DNA from: a virus
Taxonomy: Duplodnaviria; Caudoviricetes
Reading direction: 5' to 3' (one strand)
IMG/VR virus record: IMGVR_UViG_3300032163_000020
Span: 1-51,492 of that record
DNA: 51,492 nt
The notes below the pieces were generated by a model that saw only the letters and a program-made list of their open reading frames with translations, made no database searches and was not told the DNA's origin. Made by a program: the position numbers and the translations under genes. This document shows, one piece after another, positions 46,132 through 51,492 of the stretch; positions within the stretch are counted from its first letter, which is position 1; the number at the start of each line of letters is the position of its first letter.

Positions 46132-48554
46132 ATACTAATTCACTTGAATCCATCACCGTTCCTGCTGTAGGCCCACTTGATGCAAAAATTGCCTTCATCG
46201 GCGAAGCCCCTGGCCATGATGAGGAACTTGCCCACGAACCTTTCGTAGGAATGTCCGGCAACATCCTTAACATAAAACTCCATGCCACTGGCATCATCCG
46301 TCATCAGTGTTACATTGATAACCTTATACAGGTGCGCCCCGCTACATTCTATAAGCACCAAGAGACACTTGGTTACAGTGGCATCCGCCGTCCTAAGAAC
46401 GAGAATGACTTCAGCATCTTCTGGAGCGGCTCACGTCCTACACAAGCTCTCATCGACGCTAAAGCATCCCTTCTTGCTCGCCTTGAGAATGTCAAAGCTA
46501 ATGTTTTCGTCCCTCTTGGTAATAGCGCACTATGGGCATTAACAGGCCAGTCGAAGATAAGCATCTGGCGTGGCTCGATATTACCTTGCACCCTCCCTTC
46601 TGGTCGCATCATTAAGATAATCGCCTCCTACCATCCCGCTGCTGTCATACGCGATTGGAAACTTGGGGCTGTGCTTCAGTGCGATTTAGAGAAGGTTAAA
46701 GTGCAGAGTGCATTCCCTGAGGTGAAGTATCCACAGCGCGAACTTCGTATCGCTCCTACTTACAGCGATGTAGTAGATTACATATACACAAACAACGCTT
46801 CGGAGGTAAGTTTCGACATTGAAACTTCCCCTTCCGATATAACTTGCATCGCATTATCCTCATCACCAAACATTGCTATATCCATTCCCACCACCAAGCA
46901 TTACTGGGGAAGCATCAGCCGACTCCATGATGTGCTGAAAGCTATAGAATTTTTATTAACCGACAAGGCTCCAAAAATTGGTCAAAATATCTCCTACGAC
47001 CTCCAGTACCTCATCCGCATCTGGGGCATCCTTCCTACTAAACCGTGGCATGATACTATGATAGCCCAACACACATGCTATCCTGACTTGTCGGGTGAAC
47101 AAAAGGAAGAAGGCTCTTCCAAGGCTAAACGTGTCATGAAAACAAAGTCCCTCGCGTTTATCTCCTCCATCTACACCGACGAACCCTATTATAAAGATGA
47201 ACTAAAGAAATGGATCGATGGCAAGTCCAACGATGAGGCATTATGGCGCTACAACGCTAATGACGCAGCCGTCACCCTTGAGTGCCACTACGCTCTGCAG
47301 AACGAGATGAAAGAGTTAGGTGTCACCCATACTTACGACTTTATGATGGAACTCCTCGAACCATTGCTCTACATGATGTTGCGCGGAGTTCGCATTGACG
47401 AATCCGCTCGCGCCCAACACGTCATAGACATGACAGCGAAGCTTAAGCATAACAAAGAGATATTTACTGCTAAATATGGTGAGATAAACTTACGCTCACC
47501 TAAACAAGTACTCGAACTCATACACAAACTTGGCCTTAAGCCGCCTATGAAAGATGGCAAGCCTTCCACCAACAAACAGGCTCTCGACAAACTCGCAGTC
47601 AAATCCCCAGAGTTCAAGAACATCATTGGCTTCCGCGAGGCATCGGTCTTACTGAGCAATCACCTCCAAGCGCCTGGCGATGGAGAGGATGGCAGATGGA
47701 GATGCTCCTTCAACAGTACTGGAGCCGCCACTGGTAGACTCTCATCAAGTGCTGGTATCTTCGGTAGCGCCACCAACCTTCAGAACGTCAAGGCCAGCCT
47801 TCGTAACATCGTTATCCCTGACGCTGGAATGATATTTAGCGAAGCTGACCTTAAAGGCGCGGAAGCTATGATCGTCGCTTACTTATGCGAAGACGAACTC
47901 CTCATCTCCAAGTTCATCAACGGAGAGAACATCCACACCCACACAGCGATGATGATATGGCCCACTCTCACTCCAGACGCTATAGCCTTAAATAAAAAGA
48001 TATGCCACCGCGAAGGCCGTGACACCGAATCCTTCTACCATCGCGCCAAGACTACCCGCCATGCTGGTAACTACAACGTCGGCGCATACACTCTCAGCAT
48101 GAACCTTAAAATCCCTAAGGCCGACGCCGAGAAACTCATCCAGCGCTTCAAAGATAGAAGCCCGAACCTTGCAATGTGGCATAGTGAAGTAGACCAACAG
48201 CTCAAGAAGGATAGAACTCTCATCACCCCGTTAGGCAGAAAGAGAAAGTTCTTTGATAGGTATGGACCTGAACTACTCAAACAAGGACTCGCATATATCC
48301 CCCAAGAGACCGCCGCTCACATCTTAAACCTTGGGCTTATCAATGTCTATAATCAACTGTGTGCGCCATACAAAAGTATCGAGGTTCTACTGAATGTCCA
48401 CGACAGCATCCTTGTGCAGCATCCACCAGAGTTGACATTCTTCGTCCACGACCAACTGCATAAGTTAATGTCAATCCCTGTCACAATCAAGGGGAGAACC
48501 TGCACCATACCAATCGACATTAAGTGTGGCACATCGTGGAGGGATTTAAAGTGA
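46125..48554 (+). CDS. polA: Family A DNA polymerase with N-terminal uracil-DNA glycosylase (family 4-like) domain and 3'-5' exonuclease
   Basis: UDG motifs GEAPG, PFVG and HPAA. Exo motifs FDIET, NISYD and YNAND. Pol motifs TGRLSS, NLQN, ADLKGAE, KTTRHAGNY and VHDS. Confidence 0.92.
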   Translation: MVDTNSLESITVPAVGPLDAKIAFIGEAPGHDEELAHEPFVGMSGNILNIKLHATGIIRHQCYIDNLIQVRPATFYKHQETLGYSGIRRPKNENDFSIFWSGSRPTQALIDAKASLLARLENVKANVFVPLGNSALWALTGQSKISIWRGSILPCTLPSGRIIKIIASYHPAAVIRDWKLGAVLQCDLEKVKVQSAFPEVKYPQRELRIAPTYSDVVDYIYTNNASEVSFDIETSPSDITCIALSSSPNIAISIPTTKHYWGSISRLHDVLKAIEFLLTDKAPKIGQNISYDLQYLIRIWGILPTKPWHDTMIAQHTCYPDLSGEQKEEGSSKAKRVMKTKSLAFISSIYTDEPYYKDELKKWIDGKSNDEALWRYNANDAAVTLECHYALQNEMKELGVTHTYDFMMELLEPLLYMMLRGVRIDESARAQHVIDMTAKLKHNKEIFTAKYGEINLRSPKQVLELIHKLGLKPPMKDGKPSTNKQALDKLAVKSPEFKNIIGFREASVLLSNHLQAPGDGEDGRWRCSFNSTGAATGRLSSSAGIFGSATNLQNVKASLRNIVIPDAGMIFSEADLKGAEAMIVAYLCEDELLISKFINGENIHTHTAMMIWPTLTPDAIALNKKICHREGRDTESFYHRAKTTRHAGNYNVGAYTLSMNLKIPKADAEKLIQRFKDRSPNLAMWHSEVDQQLKKDRTLITPLGRKRKFFDRYGPELLKQGLAYIPQETAAHILNLGLINVYNQLCAPYKSIEVLLNVHDSILVQHPPELTFFVHDQLHKLMSIPVTIKGRTCTIPIDIKCGTSWRDLK

Positions 48555-48877
48555 ATTGTAATATATGCCAGCATACTTATTTTAATATATATGCAAGAAG
48601 GCTTAATATAAAAATAGAATATGATGAAGCTACCAATCTTTTTGACACTATAACTGGTATGGAGTATTCATACATCCAGTGTTGCCAGTGCCATGCCACT
48701 GTTTGGGGCATCGAGAGTGGTTGGTATCCTTGCCTTGCCTCTGATAAAGAAAGATGGAGAAATAGAAATTTGAAACCTACCCTTCCTACCAACGAAGACA
48801 ATGCTAAAACTCGTTTGCTCAAAAGCCTTACCGCTGACGACATCAAAGCAATACTTGCTATGAGAGGTAAAGTGTGA
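48551..48877 (+). CDS. Zn-ribbon hypothetical protein
   Basis: CNIC...CCQC. GTG start overlaps the polymerase stop. Confidence 0.6.
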   Translation: MNCNICQHTYFNIYARRLNIKIEYDEATNLFDTITGMEYSYIQCCQCHATVWGIESGWYPCLASDKERWRNRNLKPTLPTNEDNAKTRLLKSLTADDIKAILAMRGKV

Positions 48878-50112
48878 GTGATTCTCGCAGGGCAGGTTTC
48901 TGGCTCGATACATACCTCCAGTACACCCAACAAAGTGAAGCTCCCACCAACTACCACATGTGGAGTGCCATCAGTGTCATAGCCTCTTGCCTTCAGCGTA
49001 AGGTATGGTTAAACTGGGGATTCTTTAACATATTTCCTAATCTCTACATCGTCCTTGTCGGCCCTCCCGGCACCCGCAAGAACACTGCGATAGGCATTGC
49101 AACATCAATGGCAGATAAGGTAAAAAACATCCATTATATTGCTGATAGTACAACAGGAGCCTCCATTGTAGAGGAACTCAAACTGTCTTTATCATCAGAA
49201 GCTACGTCAATAAATAAACATGCTGAACCTATCAGACATAGTTCTGTTACTATAGTAGCCGAAGAACTCAGTGTCTTCTTCATCATGGATAAAGATATGA
49301 TGAAGTGGCTCACCGATTGGTTTGATTGTAAAGATAAATGGGAATATAAAACTAAGGGTAGAGGCACATATCCTATTGAAGGAGAATGGGTTAATTTAAT
49401 CGGCGGAGCAACGCCTACAAGTTTTGCCAGTACTGTTTCTGCTACTGCTATAGGCGAAGGTTTTGCTTCGCGTCTCATCACTGTTGTCGAAGACGCTCCG
49501 CGTAAACTTAATGCAAGGCCAAAACTTACTCCAGAAGAAGTAATACTATATAATAATTTAACATTTGACATACAACAAATAGCAGCCTTGCAAGGAGAAT
49601 TTACTTTATCTATTGAAGCAGATAAATGGTTTACCCATTGGTACGAACATCCTACTCCTAATCCTATGAAAGATGATGAAAGATTTATGGGTTACTTCTC
49701 ACGCAAACATATCCACCTTCTTAAAACATCTATGGTAATCTCTGCTTCTATTAGCAATAATAAGATTATTACACTTGACCATATACAATATGCCCTTGAT
49801 ATTCTTGAGAATACTGAAACTCGCCTCAGTGATGCCTTTGGTGCAGCTGGGCGTAGCGTCCTCGCCACCGACATAGACGATATAATGAAGCTCCTCAAGA
49901 TGCACAAACGCCTCGCTAAAGAGCAAGTGTTCGGCCAAATATGGCGTAATGTTAATCCCATTAACCTTGAACACATCTTCACTGTGTTGAAAGAAGCTAA
50001 AGCAATAAAGGAAGAGGTAATAGATGCTAAGGTATACTATGTATGGCTCAAAAACCTTGAAGATATTAATATGGAAGATTTACCAAAGAAGGAGGAAAAG
50101 TGCCAGACTTAA
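48874..50112 (+). CDS. DUF3987/YfjI-like P-loop ATPase, probable replicative helicase
   Basis: W...Y...SEAP..YH.W, PNLYIVLVGPPGTRKNT, VAEEL and GFASR arginine finger. Confidence 0.75.
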   Translation: MSDSRRAGFWLDTYLQYTQQSEAPTNYHMWSAISVIASCLQRKVWLNWGFFNIFPNLYIVLVGPPGTRKNTAIGIATSMADKVKNIHYIADSTTGASIVEELKLSLSSEATSINKHAEPIRHSSVTIVAEELSVFFIMDKDMMKWLTDWFDCKDKWEYKTKGRGTYPIEGEWVNLIGGATPTSFASTVSATAIGEGFASRLITVVEDAPRKLNARPKLTPEEVILYNNLTFDIQQIAALQGEFTLSIEADKWFTHWYEHPTPNPMKDDERFMGYFSRKHIHLLKTSMVISASISNNKIITLDHIQYALDILENTETRLSDAFGAAGRSVLATDIDDIMKLLKMHKRLAKEQVFGQIWRNVNPINLEHIFTVLKEAKAIKEEVIDAKVYYVWLKNLEDINMEDLPKKEEKCQT

Positions 50113-50243
50113 AATGCAACAGTTACTGTCCACAGTGTCAGTGCAACGAGTGTCCTGTTATTGAAGGGTTAAGGGAACAGGTGGCATCATTACAAAGTGT
50201 TATTGAAAAGATGAGCATCGAAGATAAGGAGAACTTAGAATGA
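50100..50243 (+). CDS. Small Cys-rich protein
   Basis: MPDLKCNSYCPQCQCNECP..., GGAGG RBS. Confidence 0.45.
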   Translation: MPDLKCNSYCPQCQCNECPVIEGLREQVASLQSVIEKMSIEDKENLE

Positions 50244-50377
50244 AAGAGTTAACAAGGTTAGAGATGACATGTTTTTCTACTTTACATCATATGCTTGATT
50301 TAACAGAGGTAGAATATGATGCTATTCATAGATTCATAGCATTATTTTTAGCTAAATATAAGGAGGAAAGTGAATGA
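50240..50377 (+). CDS. Small hypothetical protein
   Basis: 45 aa, ATGA overlaps at both ends. Confidence 0.5.
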   Translation: MKELTRLEMTCFSTLHHMLDLTEVEYDAIHRFIALFLAKYKEESE

Positions 50378-50580
50378 AAACAGCATGTTATTACTTTAAC
50401 TGGGGCGGTGGAGACGAAGGGCGTCCCTCATACCCACAGGAGTATGGGGCAAGGTGTGAGAAACAAAAGATGTTCTTCCCGTTTCCTGTATTTTTAGGTA
50501 GAAATCCAAGAGAAGAGTGCAAAGGTTGCTCTTACTATAACCGCAAAAAGCGGAGGCCGTCTTCATCCCAGGAGGTGTAA
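50374..50580 (+). CDS. Small hypothetical protein
   Basis: 68 aa, AGGAGG RBS. Confidence 0.55.
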   Translation: MKTACYYFNWGGGDEGRPSYPQEYGARCEKQKMFFPFPVFLGRNPREECKGCSYYNRKKRRPSSSQEV

Positions 50581-50813
50581 TGAGACACAAATATCCAATC
50601 GCTGTTGTTGCTGGTAGTTATAGAGAGTTTTTATGTTACTGTGAGCATAATAAAAAAACACCAGACAAAGATGCAGTATATACAGTTACACAAGAAGGTT
50701 TACAAGGTAGATATTACTCAGAAATAGTTACATATGGCACATGGTATAACTTAAAGTATATACGCGATATACTATTTGAACTAAACACAAGATTAAGCCA
50801 GGAGGTTCTATGA
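50580..50813 (+). CDS. Small hypothetical protein
   Basis: 77 aa, GGAGGT RBS, TAATG overlap. Confidence 0.6.
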   Translation: MRHKYPIAVVAGSYREFLCYCEHNKKTPDKDAVYTVTQEGLQGRYYSEIVTYGTWYNLKYIRDILFELNTRLSQEVL

Positions 50814-50875
50814 CAATAGCTAAAGCATCTTATTATTACCCAGGTGGAGACGGTAGAAGCCAAAAGAGTTAGAAA

Positions 50876-50901
50876 GGAAGGGAGGCTAAAACTTCCCTTC
50901 C
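50876..50901. terminator. Hairpin at the convergence of the two transcription arms
   Basis: GGAAGGGAGG-CTAAAA-CTTCCCTTCC. The loop contains the stop codon of the giant gene. No clear U-tract. Confidence 0.5.
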
Positions 50902-51343
50902 ATCCCTCTACCCACTTTCCGCTGCTCATTATCCCATTCTCTTTCAATCTGCTCAAGATAATCTAACTGTGCCTTCTGTGGTTTATCCATCTCTTCTAAT
51001 ATCCCCATTACCATAGTTTCTCTTTGCTTCGGATACGTCCCCATAAATACATCATAAAGATTAGCTTCAGGATTCTTCATCTGCCTATACGATTTCTTCA
51101 TCTGTGATCCACCCGGCACCCCAAGAAACTTACCCGCTAAATCAAGTGCTGAAGACCGTGATGGATTTCCACTAAGCACTTGGCCAGTTGAGATCAGTGT
51201 ATCTCCCACTGCACCAAATATAGACGACCCATACTTTAACCCACCTACAACAGGCACAAACTGACTCATCTCTCCCGCTCCTTTTACTGCCGCCAGTCCA
51301 ATATTATCTCCTTGTGCCAGCGAAAATCCAAACGTCCTTAACG
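50886..51343 (-). CDS. C-terminal part of the giant ejection-type protein that starts at 6256
   Basis: In frame with the 1..6256 ORF via the 149-bp overlap. Ends ...GMEGKF-TAG. Confidence 0.85.
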
Positions 51344-51492
51344 GCGTAGGCATCACTGAATTCACATGCATTAAATCTTCAAACAAAAAGTTTATTGCTT
51401 GCCATCCAAGTATGAACCAAGCAACATTCTTAAACGCTTGTGCCTTCGACACAGTAGGATTTTTAATTCTTGCTATATCATGTATAATATTT
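51344..51492. repeat. Terminal direct repeat, copy 2
   Basis: Matches 1-149 with one mismatch. Confidence 0.95.

Noticed and set aside
50810-50872. 20-codon ORF resembling the start of 50374..50580 (YY..GGD)
   Set aside because: Similarity is limited to about 10 nt and could be chance.
35500-50960. Minus-strand ORFs within the early/replication arm
   Set aside because: They are antisense to well-supported plus-strand genes.

Overview
The window is an apparently complete, circularly closed genome (~51.3 kb) of a tailed dsDNA phage with podovirus-type architecture. Bases 1-149 are repeated at 51344-51492 with one mismatch. The minus strand (34044 down to 1, continuing to 50886) is one long late operon. 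It runs: terminase small and large subunits, portal, GroES-like co-chaperonin, scaffold, major capsid (LEPGL-type), head accessories, and a lysis cassette that includes an SLH-domain lipoprotein. It continues with a collagen-like fibre gene followed by sulfotransferase, methyltransferase and glycosyltransferase genes, then adaptor/tail genes and three ejection-type proteins. The last of these is a ~2,237-aa ORF that crosses the contig ends and is missing from the supplied ORF track. The plus strand (34411-50813) carries small early genes, an RlmN/Cfr-like radical SAM enzyme, a nuclease/Sak4-like ATPase/SSB recombination module, a stand-alone TSCPD domain, a ParB-DNA methyltransferase fusion, a UDG-PolA fusion polymerase and a DUF3987-type ATPase. 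A ~1.2-kb divergent control region (34050-35330) holds promoters, a C14 tract, CCGT repeats, long hairpins and an operator-like palindrome. I saw no integrase, repressor, tRNA, CRISPR array or reverse transcriptase. The leading candidates for new biology are the fibre-modification cassette, the RlmN-like enzyme lacking the resolving cysteine, the SLH lipoprotein in the lysis cassette and the modular giant ejection protein. All family assignments come from motif recognition by eye, not database searches.
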